A model generated the notes under the pieces. It was not told where the DNA came from. It saw only the letters and a list, made by a program, of their open reading frames with translations, and ran no database searches. A stretch of DNA of 64,000 nt from an uncultured Erysipelotrichaceae bacterium (GTDB lineage Bacteria; Bacillota_I; Bacilli_A; RF39; UBA660). Made by a program: the position numbers and the translations under genes. The stretch spans positions 58,731 through 122,730 of the forward strand of contig CADANC010000003.1 in the NCBI GenBank assembly GCA_902789225.1, written 5' to 3'. This document shows, one piece after another, positions 1 through 9,331 of this stretch; within the stretch, counting starts at the first letter, position 1, and every line of letters begins with the position of its first letter.

Positions 1-603
1 TTCATATGTTAAATCTGTATCACCTTTAAATAAAAATGAATGAATCACTTCATGAGCAAGAGTTCCTGATGTACTTATATCGCCATTATTTTGAGCTATA
101 ATAAGATTTTTTTCTCCAGGAATAGGATAAGTAAACCCATCAAAATCAATAGCATCTTCAGTATCAGGTAAAAATTCTCTAATTAAATTATCAGCAAGTA
201 AATCATCAAGATGTCTAGAAATATCTTTATCATAATGATCGTAAAAGCCTCTAACCATATCAATAGAATCATCAAATGATAATTCTTCTATATACCTATA
301 AGGTTCTTCTAAATAGTAATCCTCAATAGTATTACTCAATCTAGCAAAAGCTTTATAAAAATCACGATTAGCTCTATAAGAAAGTAACACCTCTTTATAA
401 TAATTTTTATCCAAAAAAGAATCATATAGAGCATATTTTTTTAACAAACTATCTGGTAAATCAACATCATATCTTATATTGCGAATTCCATCAATCAAAG
501 AATAAATATATGATCTATAAAAATGTTTTAATTCGAAACTATCAGCAGCATTAGCCTCTCTATTTAAACTAAATAAAGCATCTCTAAGATAATCATTGCT
601 CAT
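1..603 (-). CDS. putative zinc metallopeptidase, partial (C-terminus runs off the left edge of the window)
   Basis: The minus-strand frame is open from an ATG at 603 to position 1 and is absent from the ORF track only because no stop lies in the window. An RBS (aggggtgatat) precedes the ATG. The translation begins MSNDYLRDALFSLNREANAAD. The last visible residues read LAHEVIHSFLFKGDTDLTYE, which is an HEXXH zinc-binding motif. Confidence 0.4.
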   Translation of the reverse strand, partial: MSNDYLRDALFSLNREANAADSFELKHFYRSYIYSLIDGIRNIRYDVDLPDSLLKKYALYDSFLDKNYYKEVLLSYRANRDFYKAFARLSNTIEDYYLEEPYRYIEELSFDDSIDMVRGFYDHYDKDISRHLDDLLADNLIREFLPDTEDAIDFDGFTYPIPGEKNLIIAQNNGDISTSGTLAHEVIHSFLFKGDTDLTYE

Positions 604-661
604 AATATCACCCCTGTGAGTAACTATAATAACATAAAAAAAGAAGATATAGTATATTTAT

Positions 662-1585
662 TTAGACTATATCTATTTCCTCTTTATCTTTTTCTTTATT
701 ATTTTCTTTCTTTTTTTCTACTTTCTTTTCTTCTTTTTTATCTTTCTTTTCTTCCACTGGCATATGAACATGTTTACCAGCAGGTTCTAGCAACAATTCA
801 GGATGTGCATAAATATATTCAATTAATTTTAAAGCTTTACAGAAATAGAAACCATCTGCAATTCTTTCATCTATAGTTGCTCCAAGATTCATGAAATATT
901 TGCCATCCTTTTCTCTAACTTCACCAAAAGTAATTAATGAAGATGATGTACCAAAGTTAGTTAGATTATGATAAATACCATTAGTCTTAAATGTACCTAA
1001 ATTAGATAAAATAGCACTAGAATAATAAATATTATCATCCATTAAACTCTTAGGTAACCAACCATGTTTATCAAGCCATTTAAGAAGCCCAATAATAGGT
1101 ATTCTAACAAATCCAGGTATTTTCCCAAGAAAATCAGCAGTACCATCAATACCACCTCTTTGTTTATTTCTAATTTTATCTACTTTTTCTTTAGTAATTC
1201 TAGAAATATCAAACAAAGTATCATTTTCTCCAACAGGAATAACCATTAAACATTCAACAGATCCATCTTCAAACTCTTCTTTTATTGAAGAAGCTAAACT
1301 AACATCTTTATGCATCCACATCTTTCTATTAGCAACAAATCTATTCATAAAAGGTCTTGAATATAAAACTTTTGCCATTACAGCAACAAACCCATGATAG
1401 AAAGTTAATCCTTCATGTTCTTTTTTTAATTCCTTAATAAATTTTACAAATTCAGTAACATCAATATCTACATTCATATAAACTGCAGAATCACATCTTC
1501 CAGGTTTAAAATCAAATAATACATATTGAAATCCATTAATATCTCTTACTCTGTAAGCATCTCTTCTATCGCCAAATTTTCTCAT
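662..1585 (-). CDS. 2-oxoacid dehydrogenase E2 / CAT-fold acyltransferase catalytic-domain homolog with a Lys/Glu-rich C-terminal tail
   Basis: SSAILSNLGTFKTNG resembles the E2 catalytic TISNLG..G block. NLGATIDERIADGFYF aligns with the E2 SLSFDHRVIDGA block, but the catalytic His is replaced by Glu. The tail is low-complexity (VEEKKDKKEEKKVEKKKENNKEKDKEE). No lipoyl or E3-binding domain is present. Confidence 0.45.
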   Translation of the reverse strand: MRKFGDRRDAYRVRDINGFQYVLFDFKPGRCDSAVYMNVDIDVTEFVKFIKELKKEHEGLTFYHGFVAVMAKVLYSRPFMNRFVANRKMWMHKDVSLASSIKEEFEDGSVECLMVIPVGENDTLFDISRITKEKVDKIRNKQRGGIDGTADFLGKIPGFVRIPIIGLLKWLDKHGWLPKSLMDDNIYYSSAILSNLGTFKTNGIYHNLTNFGTSSSLITFGEVREKDGKYFMNLGATIDERIADGFYFCKALKLIEYIYAHPELLLEPAGKHVHMPVEEKKDKKEEKKVEKKKENNKEKDKEEIDIV

Positions 1586-1672
1586 AATAATACTCTCCCT
1601 CTATTAAGAGTATAACAAGAAAGAGAAATTTATAAAAGAAAAAGTAGACAACAAGTGTCTACTAAAGTCTAC

Positions 1673-2683
1673 TTATTTTTGTTTAATGTAAGCACCTTTT
1701 TGTTTAAAAGTCGCTTTAATAGCTTTAGAATAATCACTTAAAGCATCCCTTAAGAAGCTATTTCTTTCTTTATTATAAGATGCATCTTCTTCATCTAAAC
1801 GAGCATTTTGTTCATTTCTTTGAGAATTTGTAACAGCAAGAGCTGCCATTCCTAAATCATTATCTCCAAATAAAGATCCTAACTTAACATGAGTAGATTT
1901 ACCTGATTCTCCTACATGTTCAACATACGCTCCATCTTCTTCATCAAAAGGAGAAACTGTAAATTCATAAGAATGGCTTTCATCATAACCACATGCATCA
2001 CAACATTTAGCTTTAATTAAATCTAGACCATAATTAGAAACAACTCCATAACCATCATCTCTTAACCAACCATTTACATGTTTTTCTTCATTATTTAAAA
2101 CTATTATGTCATGATAATAAACATCTTGTTCAGGTCCTATTTCATCTTTATATTCTTTTAATTCTTCTGCTTCAGAAATTAGTGCTTTAATACCTTTAAT
2201 ATAATAATAATTATTAATAACATGTGAATAATCTTCAATTTCATCAACATTAATACCATATTCATCAATAAACTCAGAAATATTTGTTATAAAATCTTCC
2301 CTACTGACTTCATCGCCAGAAGCATTATAAAAAACTCCATCTTCAATATGAGAATATGTAAGATAAATATCAGTATTTTTTAAACCCTCTACTTCTCTTC
2401 CTAAATTTAGACGATGTAAATCTTCAGATGCCTCTAAATAATCTTCTAGTAAGTCCATATTAATTTTAGTTCCTACATGTTCATCTAAAAATTCATCAAA
2501 ACAAGTAGTATCACTAACGTTTTCCAAAACATCATTAGGATTAGTTAGAGCATTAGCACTAAAAGAACAACCTGGAATCATAGTTAAAGTAACTATAATT
2601 GCTCCTGTCGCAATACCTTTACTAAGTTTATGTAATTTACCGTTATTAAAACCTTCATTAGAAATTAATAAATTTTTTATCAT
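1673..2683 (-). CDS. secreted or lipid-anchored acidic protein of unknown function
   Basis: The start was moved to the ATG at 2683 (MIKNLL), which has RBS aggggtg upstream. The N-terminus is a hydrophobic signal-like segment ending ...TLTMIPGCSFSANAL. The remainder is Asp/Glu-rich and carries a Cys cluster (KCCDACGYDESH). Confidence 0.35.
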   Translation of the reverse strand: MIKNLLISNEGFNNGKLHKLSKGIATGAIIVTLTMIPGCSFSANALTNPNDVLENVSDTTCFDEFLDEHVGTKINMDLLEDYLEASEDLHRLNLGREVEGLKNTDIYLTYSHIEDGVFYNASGDEVSREDFITNISEFIDEYGINVDEIEDYSHVINNYYYIKGIKALISEAEELKEYKDEIGPEQDVYYHDIIVLNNEEKHVNGWLRDDGYGVVSNYGLDLIKAKCCDACGYDESHSYEFTVSPFDEEDGAYVEHVGESGKSTHVKLGSLFGDNDLGMAALAVTNSQRNEQNARLDEEDASYNKERNSFLRDALSDYSKAIKATFKQKGAYIKQK

Positions 2684-2729
2684 ATATAACACCCCTAACG
2701 AGACCATATTATATCATATTTTTTAATAT

Positions 2730-3677
2730 TTATAAAGTGTTTTTTCTTTTTTCTCCAAAAACACTATAAACTATCTTATCTTTTAAATCATCATTTAATC
2801 CTATAGCAGCAGCATTATCATGCCCTCCACCACCAAATTTTTCAGCAATAATTCTAGCACTACTATTATCTTCTAAACTTCTCAAACTAATTTGATTATT
2901 TTCAAAAGCAAACATCACAATACAATCTAAATCGCTTTTATGATTTATTAAATATTCACATACTTCATTTCTATATTCATATTTTATAAAACAAATTCCT
3001 ACTTTAAATCCTTCAATATTAAGTATTTTTAAATATTTTAAAAATGATTCTACTTCTTTAATAGTTATTTCTTTTTTATTATTTATTTTCTCTAATTCAT
3101 AATCATCAAAAGAAAAATTATCATTATTACTAATCTTATTAATCATTCTATCAATATATTCATCTTTTCCAATAGCATTAAATAAAATAGCTAAATCATG
3201 AGCATCTTCTCTATCATATTTTTTATACTCATAAGTATCTTCTAATCTAACCAATTCAACAAATTGATCTAAAATATCATTTTGTTTTAAATAATTATTT
3301 TCAATTAAAAATTCATAATAAATCTGAGTAGCACAGCTTATTCCTTTATCATCTTTAACTCTAACTATGCAATTATTAAAATTATTTAAACCGGCATCAA
3401 ATGCAGTTTCATGATGATCAAATAAAAACAATTTATTAGTTAATTTAGAATCAGATAAAAGTCTTTCTAATAATTCTCTAGAAGGAGATAAATCACTAAT
3501 ATAAATTAAATCATAATTATATAAATCTTTATTTTCATAAATTTCTAGTAGTTTATTATTTAAATCACTAGGATTTTTACAAAAAATTATATCAATATTA
3601 TCAAAAGCTAATTTAGATAGAATTGCTCCACCCATACCATCAATATCAGCAATATGTGTAATAATTAATCGTTTCAT
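2730..3677 (-). CDS. DHH/DHHA1 family phosphoesterase (NrnA-like nanoRNase / pAp phosphatase family)
   Basis: Motif I is HIADIDGMGG. The DHH motif is in LFLFDHHET. The DHHA1 GGGH motif is in AEKFGGGGHDNAAAIG. At 315 aa, the length matches single-domain NrnA-like enzymes. Confidence 0.7.
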   Translation of the reverse strand: MKRLIITHIADIDGMGGAILSKLAFDNIDIIFCKNPSDLNNKLLEIYENKDLYNYDLIYISDLSPSRELLERLLSDSKLTNKLFLFDHHETAFDAGLNNFNNCIVRVKDDKGISCATQIYYEFLIENNYLKQNDILDQFVELVRLEDTYEYKKYDREDAHDLAILFNAIGKDEYIDRMINKISNNDNFSFDDYELEKINNKKEITIKEVESFLKYLKILNIEGFKVGICFIKYEYRNEVCEYLINHKSDLDCIVMFAFENNQISLRSLEDNSSARIIAEKFGGGGHDNAAAIGLNDDLKDKIVYSVFGEKRKNTL

Positions 3678-3739
3678 ACTATCACCTAAAAAAATTATAA
3701 CATAAAAAAAGATAATACAAATTGTATTATCTTCTTTTA

Positions 3740-4171
3740 TTAACTACATTTAAAGTTTTGTTTTTCAAATTCTTTAATAACTTCTTCTCTAGAAGTTTTT
3801 AAATTACTTGATCCTGAATATTTCTTAGCTTGTTCACCGTTCATATTGATAGTAACTAATATACCAGTATCAGTTTCAGTAATGACAGGCTTAACTCCAT
3901 ATTCAGATTCAAATGAAGCATATTGAGTATTAAAACTATCTAAGAAAGTCTTTTTAGAACTCATTAAATTTTCAGGTAAAATAGCTTCAATAGTCATATC
4001 CATTTTATCAAATTTACTATCAACTAATGTAATAATAACTTTACTATTTAATTGAACAGATGATACAGTTTGATCATAAGTACAAGTAACAGTTTCAGTC
4101 TTACCACCACAACCAGTTAAAAGTAATAATGATAAAGCAAATGCTATAACCCCAAATAAAACCTTTTTCAT
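3740..4171 (-). CDS. lipoprotein, unknown function
   Basis: The signal peptide carries a lipobox (MKKVLFGVIAFALSLLLLTGCGG). It is followed by a small soluble domain of about 120 aa. Confidence 0.5.
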   Translation of the reverse strand: MKKVLFGVIAFALSLLLLTGCGGKTETVTCTYDQTVSSVQLNSKVIITLVDSKFDKMDMTIEAILPENLMSSKKTFLDSFNTQYASFESEYGVKPVITETDTGILVTINMNGEQAKKYSGSSNLKTSREEVIKEFEKQNFKCS

Positions 4172-4229
4172 AATCTTCCTCCTAGTTAAATGATATCACA
4201 GTAGAATTTATTTATCAATAAGAGAAGAA

Positions 4230-5015
4230 TTATTTTTTAATATAACAATAGCCTACATTTTTACCATAATCATGAAATTCAAAATTAGCCTCAAAGATTC
4301 TTCTTTCTTTTTCAACCCTTTCAGGAAACTCATGAAATCTACTACATAAAACTATTCCATTATTTCTTAATAAGCCATATAAATTATTACTTAAATTAGT
4401 CATTTGTATATCAGTTTTTGCCCATTCAGGAATATTAGAAATCATAGCAATATCAAACTTATCATGTAAATCGACACTATCAAATAAATTAATATTTAAA
4501 AAGTCATTTTCTCTATCAGCAACACTGCCTATAGAGTTAATAGATTTAAACATAGTTTTACCATCTACTTCACCATCATGAAATAATAAGTGTACTTTTG
4601 ATGAATCTGATAAATGTTGTTTCCAAAATTTAAGAGCAACTAACTCTTCTCTTTTTTCAGGCTTAACTTTACTTAATAATTTAGCTAACCAAACATAATT
4701 ATCATCAAGAAGTTCATAAGGATATATTTCTTTGTTAATAGAAAGAGTCCACTTTCTCATATAATAATAATATAGAGCAAGTATATTTTTATCAAAAGAA
4801 TAAACTTTTTTAGCACCTAAATAATTAGCAAGAAAAAATTGATCACATGAAGCAAGTACTGTTAAAACATCTTTATCTAAGAAATCTACTTCTTTATACA
4901 TATCAACTAAATTTTCATTAGTTTCAAAATAAACTTTATCATAACCTGCTTTAGATAAATCCATCCCACTAATTATTGCACGTGAAGCTAAATAATCATC
5001 AGATATATGCATCAT
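4230..5015 (-). CDS. hypothetical cytoplasmic protein (possible Rossmann-fold methyltransferase-like)
   Basis: A 261-aa intact ORF with no signal peptide. DVLTVLASCDQFFLANYLGAKKVYSFD weakly resembles a SAM-binding motif I / acidic-loop arrangement. This is not a confident call. Confidence 0.3.
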   Translation of the reverse strand: MMHISDDYLASRAIISGMDLSKAGYDKVYFETNENLVDMYKEVDFLDKDVLTVLASCDQFFLANYLGAKKVYSFDKNILALYYYYMRKWTLSINKEIYPYELLDDNYVWLAKLLSKVKPEKREELVALKFWKQHLSDSSKVHLLFHDGEVDGKTMFKSINSIGSVADRENDFLNINLFDSVDLHDKFDIAMISNIPEWAKTDIQMTNLSNNLYGLLRNNGIVLCSRFHEFPERVEKERRIFEANFEFHDYGKNVGYCYIKK

Positions 5016-5086
5016 ACTATCACCCCAAAAGCCCTGATATTATACCAAAAATCACTAAAAAAAGCAAATAAAAAAGGATAACTAAG

Positions 5087-5989
5087 TTATCCATTTAAAT
5101 ATTCAATTGCATTTAATGCTGCTATTGTACCATCAGCTGTGGCAATAGTAACTTGTGAATATTTCTTAGTTCTAGAATCTCCAATAACATATAATCCAGG
5201 AACTTTAGTCTCAGTATTAGTAGAAATAACATAATCTCTTTCATCTAAATCAATCACATCATATGCAAATTTATTTTGAGGAATCAATCCAATATTTAAG
5301 AAAACTCCATCAACTTTCAATTTCTTTTTCTTTCCATCTACTTTAATAGATAGACCAGTTAATTCATCTTCTCCTAAATATTCTAATACATCAACATTAT
5401 ACATAATTTCAACATTATCAGTTGACTCAATTTTATTAATTAAATCTTTCTCACAAGTTAATCTATCCATCTTTTGAAGAATATATACTTTTTTAGCAAT
5501 CTTTGACATAGAATAAGCATTTATTACAGCAGAATTTCCTCCACCTATAATTGCAACATCTTTTCCTTTATAAAAAGCACCATCACAAGCAACACAAAAA
5601 TGTATTCCATGTCCTATTAATTTATCTTCATTAGGCAAATTTAGTGTTCTATAAGCTGATCCACTAGCAATAATTAATACTTTACCAAGATATTTATTAT
5701 CTTCAGTAATAACTTCTTTAATATTATCTTCTAAAACATTAATATTAGTAACTTCTTCAAGTTCAAATTCAACTCCCAATTCATCTATTTGATCAAACAT
5801 AATATCAGTAAGTTCTGATCCACTAACAGCTTTAACCCCAGGATAATTTTCAATCAAAGGAGTTGAAGCAATAGAACCACCAATAGTTTCCTTTTCAAGA
5901 ATTAATACTTTTTTTCCATCTCTTAGAAGGTAAAGGGCCGCACTCATTCCAGCAGGCCCAGCACCTATTATTATTGCATCATATATCAT
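5087..5989 (-). CDS. trxB: thioredoxin-disulfide reductase
   Basis: The N-terminal FAD-binding segment is IIGAGPAGMSAALY. The redox-active disulfide CVACDG is followed by a second GxGxxA NADPH fold (VAIIGGGNSAV). At 300 aa, the length is typical of low-Mr TrxR. Confidence 0.85.
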   Translation of the reverse strand: MIYDAIIIGAGPAGMSAALYLLRDGKKVLILEKETIGGSIASTPLIENYPGVKAVSGSELTDIMFDQIDELGVEFELEEVTNINVLEDNIKEVITEDNKYLGKVLIIASGSAYRTLNLPNEDKLIGHGIHFCVACDGAFYKGKDVAIIGGGNSAVINAYSMSKIAKKVYILQKMDRLTCEKDLINKIESTDNVEIMYNVDVLEYLGEDELTGLSIKVDGKKKKLKVDGVFLNIGLIPQNKFAYDVIDLDERDYVISTNTETKVPGLYVIGDSRTKKYSQVTIATADGTIAALNAIEYLNG

Positions 5990-5992
5990 AAA

Positions 5993-8383
5993 TTAATTGC
6001 TCTCAATATATTTCTTAATATTTGATAAGTTTTCAATTAATTCTTGATTCTTTCCATTTACTACTAATGTTGGAGCTTTCTTAACACCAAATTGTTTAGT
6101 CATATCAGGCATATCTTCAGCATCAACAAATTCATAAGTAATATGTTTTTTATCTAATAATTTCTTAGCCATCTTACAATTTGGACAAGTCTTAGTACCA
6201 AATAGTAATAATCCATCTTTAGCATCACTCTTTAAAATAGCTTTAGCTGATGCTTTCTTAGCTTCTTCTTTTACTTTTTCAATTTTCTTTTCACAGTTAT
6301 CTAAACTATATTCTTTACGCATTTCAAATTCTTTTGATTTTCCATCATTCCAGTTCTTAACAGGACGATAGTAACCAGTAATTCTAGAATATACTTCAGT
6401 ATCTTCTCCACAAATAGGACATTTATATACTTCACCAGTAATATATCCATGATTCTTACATACAGAATATGTAGGAGAAATTGTATAGTAAGGTAATTTA
6501 TAATTTTCAGCAATCTTTCTAACTAAGTTAGCACAAGTCTTCCAATCTGGCATTCTTTCTCCTAAGAATGTATGGAATACTGTACCACTTGTATATAAAG
6601 TTTGTAATTCATCTTGAATATCTAATGCACTAAATACGTCATCAGTATATCCAACAGGTAAATGACTAGAATTAGTATAGTAAGGAGTTTCATCATTAGA
6701 AGCAGTAATAATATCTGGATATAATTCCTTATCTTTCTTAGCTAAACGATAAGTTGTAGATTCAGCAGGAGTAGCTTCTAAGTTATATAAATCTCCATAT
6801 TGTTCTTGATAATCAGATAATTTTTCTCTCATGAAGTTTAATACTTCTTTAGTCCATTTAATTGCTTTTTCATGAGTTAAATCTTCTTTAATCCATTTAG
6901 CATTTAAGCAAGCTTCATTCATACCAACTAAACCAATAGTAGAGAAATGATTATTAAATGTTCCTAAATATCTCTTAGTATATGGATATAATCCTTCATC
7001 TAATAATTTAGTAACAACATCTCTTTTTATTTTTAAAGATTCAGCTGCTAAATCCATTAAATGTTCTAATCTATCATAGAATTCTTCTTCAGTCTTTGAA
7101 GTATAAGCAATTCTTGGCATATTGATTGTAACTACACCGATTGATCCAGTAGATTCACCTGATCCAAAGAAACCACCTGATTTTTTACGTAATTCACGTA
7201 AATCTAATCTTAAACGACAACACATTGATCTAACATCACTTGGTTCCATATCACTATTAATATAATTTGAGAAATAAGGAGTACCATATTTAGCTGTCAT
7301 TTCAAATAATAATTTATTATTTTCAGATTCTTTCCAATCAAAATCTTTAGTAATAGAATATGTAGGAATTGGATATTGGAATCCACGTCCATTAGCATCT
7401 CCTTCAATCATAATTTCGATAAATGCTTTATTAACCATATCCATTTCTTTTTGACAATCTTTATATTTGAAATCCATTTCTTTTCCACCAACGATAGCAT
7501 TTAATTCAGCTAAATCGTTTGGAACAGTCCAGTCTAATGTAATATTTGTAAATGGTGCTTGAGTACCCCAACGAGAAGGAGTATTAACCCCATATACAAA
7601 TGATTGAACAGCTTGTTTAACTTCTTTATATGATAAATTATCTACTTTAACAAAAGGAGCTAAATATGTATCAAATGATGAAAATGCTTGTGCTCCAGCC
7701 CATTCATTTTGCATAATACCTAAGAAGTTAACCATTTGATTAGTTAAAGTACTTAAATGTTTTGCAGGACTAGAAGTTATCTTTCCAGGAACTCCACCTA
7801 ATCCTTCTTGAATTAATTGTTTTAAACTCCATCCAGCACAATAACCAGTTAACATAGATAAATCATGTAAATGAAAATCACAATTTCTATGAGCATTAGC
7901 AATTTCTTCTGGATAAACTTCGCTTAACCAATAATTAGCAGTAATAGCTCCACTGTTAGATAAAATTAAACCACCTACTGAATAAGTAACAGTAGAATTT
8001 TCTTTAACTCTCCAGTCAGATACATTTAAATAACTATTAACTACTTTCTTATAATCTAATAAAGCTCCATCCATAGCTCTTTGCTTTTCATGTAACTTTC
8101 TATATAAAATATAGCTTTTAGCTACATCAGCATATTCAGCTTTAATTAATACTCTTTCAACACTATCTTGAATATCTTCTACTCCAACGATATTGTTTTT
8201 TACTTTATCATTGAAATCAGAAGTAACTTTAAGTGATAAGAAATCAACTACTTCTTTATCATAATCCTTATCTAAAGCTTCGAAAGCTTTAATTATAGCA
8301 TCACTAATCTTTTCTAATTTAAATGCTACTATTTTTCCATCTCTTTTTCTTACTTTATACATACCCATTCTCCTCTTATACAT
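5993..8383 (-). CDS. nrdD: anaerobic ribonucleoside-triphosphate reductase (class III) with a C-terminal glutaredoxin/NrdH-like CPNC domain
   Basis: The N-terminus is an ATP-cone (KVRKRDGKIVAFKLEKISDAI). The C-terminal glycyl-radical signature is SRITGYYRP, preceded by a Cys/His Zn-ribbon (CKNHGY...CPICG). An extra thioredoxin-fold module of about 75 aa sits at the extreme C-terminus (LLLFGTKTCPNCKMAKK...KKAPTLVVNG). The gene overlaps the nrdG stop by 8 nt. Confidence 0.9.
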   Translation of the reverse strand: MYKRRMGMYKVRKRDGKIVAFKLEKISDAIIKAFEALDKDYDKEVVDFLSLKVTSDFNDKVKNNIVGVEDIQDSVERVLIKAEYADVAKSYILYRKLHEKQRAMDGALLDYKKVVNSYLNVSDWRVKENSTVTYSVGGLILSNSGAITANYWLSEVYPEEIANAHRNCDFHLHDLSMLTGYCAGWSLKQLIQEGLGGVPGKITSSPAKHLSTLTNQMVNFLGIMQNEWAGAQAFSSFDTYLAPFVKVDNLSYKEVKQAVQSFVYGVNTPSRWGTQAPFTNITLDWTVPNDLAELNAIVGGKEMDFKYKDCQKEMDMVNKAFIEIMIEGDANGRGFQYPIPTYSITKDFDWKESENNKLLFEMTAKYGTPYFSNYINSDMEPSDVRSMCCRLRLDLRELRKKSGGFFGSGESTGSIGVVTINMPRIAYTSKTEEEFYDRLEHLMDLAAESLKIKRDVVTKLLDEGLYPYTKRYLGTFNNHFSTIGLVGMNEACLNAKWIKEDLTHEKAIKWTKEVLNFMREKLSDYQEQYGDLYNLEATPAESTTYRLAKKDKELYPDIITASNDETPYYTNSSHLPVGYTDDVFSALDIQDELQTLYTSGTVFHTFLGERMPDWKTCANLVRKIAENYKLPYYTISPTYSVCKNHGYITGEVYKCPICGEDTEVYSRITGYYRPVKNWNDGKSKEFEMRKEYSLDNCEKKIEKVKEEAKKASAKAILKSDAKDGLLLFGTKTCPNCKMAKKLLDKKHITYEFVDAEDMPDMTKQFGVKKAPTLVVNGKNQELIENLSNIKKYIESN

Positions 8384-9053
8384 ACCTAACTATAACATTA
8401 GGATATTCTTTTAATTCTTCTTTTAATTTTAAAAGTTCGTCTCGGCTAAAACTTTTAATATTTTTGTCTTTAACAACATCAGTATATTGAAAGTTTTGTA
8501 AATACAATTTACTATCTCCTATTAATTTAAGAATCTTAATAATGTCTTTCTTATCATGAACATCCTTCATAATAGTAGTTCTAAATTCGTATTTAATATT
8601 AGATTTTTTGATAAGATCTATACTTTCAAGTATTTTGTTAAAGTCAATCTTCTTGTTAATAACCTTCATATACTTATCTGGTATTGCTTTAATATCCATA
8701 GCTATATAATCTACTAAGTTATTATCAAGTATTTCTTTTAACATAGCAGGATTATAACCATTTGTATCTAATTTAATATCTAATTTAAATTCTTTAACTT
8801 TTTTAATAAAAGGTATTAAATCATCCCAAATAGTAGGTTCACCACCAGATATTACAACACCATCCAAGATTTTTCGTCTCTTATAAAGATAAGCCATAAC
8901 ATAATCTTCATCTATTGTTTCAGCTTTGTTATCAACTAAGTCTCTATTATAACAATAAGAACAATTAAAATTACAACCTTTGGTGAAGATAATACATGCA
9001 AGATGTTCCGGAAAATCTTGCGTTGTTAATTTATTAAGTCCACCTATCTTCAT
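8376..9053 (-). CDS. nrdG: anaerobic ribonucleotide reductase activating protein (radical SAM)
   Basis: The CxxxCxxC cluster is GCNFNCSYC. I placed the start at MKIGGLNKLTTQDF (ATG at 9053) because it has a strong RBS (aaggaggg). The track ORF begins 27 codons further upstream. Confidence 0.85.
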   Translation of the reverse strand: MKIGGLNKLTTQDFPEHLACIIFTKGCNFNCSYCYNRDLVDNKAETIDEDYVMAYLYKRRKILDGVVISGGEPTIWDDLIPFIKKVKEFKLDIKLDTNGYNPAMLKEILDNNLVDYIAMDIKAIPDKYMKVINKKIDFNKILESIDLIKKSNIKYEFRTTIMKDVHDKKDIIKILKLIGDSKLYLQNFQYTDVVKDKNIKSFSRDELLKLKEELKEYPNVIVRYV

Positions 9054-9080
9054 AACACTTTTCCCTCCTTGGATGATTTC

Positions 9081-9108
9081 ATTGTAACACAGAGAAGAAT
9101 TATTCCAA
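9081..9108 (-). promoter_or_regulatory. predicted sigma-A promoter of the nrdG-nrdD-trxB operon, with an extended -10
   Basis: Read on the minus strand, TTGGAA is the -35, a 16-nt spacer follows, and TGtTACAAT is the extended -10. The element lies about 30 nt upstream of the nrdG start. Confidence 0.4.
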
Positions 9109-9244
9109 TGTTGCATCTGCAACATTTTGAACATTTTTTTTAAAAATTTTTTTTCAATTAAAAAAGGCCCTTATTTTTAAACAAAATCAGAAAAAAATAA
9201 TAATTGTACACTAGAAGAAAACTTTACATTTAATTTACTAGGCA

Positions 9245-9271
9245 TTAAAAAACTAGTCTATTTTAGACTAG
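9245..9271 (-). terminator. rho-independent terminator after the P-type ATPase gene
   Basis: The stem is ctagtcta / tagactag with a 3-nt loop. A run of six T follows on the minus strand. Confidence 0.5.
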
Positions 9272-9331
9272 TAAAATTATTGCTTTTTCTTTTTATATCA
9301 TGGAATAATAAGAGTCAACTATAAAATATCA

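Noticed and set aside
616-876. 86-aa plus-strand ORF with LYLF-type low-complexity repeats
   Set aside because: It is the antisense shadow of the Lys/Glu-rich tail of the 662..1585 gene (poly cttttt DNA). It has no RBS and a nonsensical composition.
6301-6513. Small internal or antisense ORFs in the track (6301..6513, 19557..19835, 20496..20693, 25453..25650, 27302..27526, 30776..30967, 33770..34027, 36505..36693, 41331..41567, 48035..48232, 48323..48562, 51703..52095, 56557..56745, 61189..61389, 1064..1249)
   Set aside because: Each lies wholly inside a longer, well-supported gene, on the opposite strand or in another frame. Each has AT-rich low-complexity translations and no RBS.
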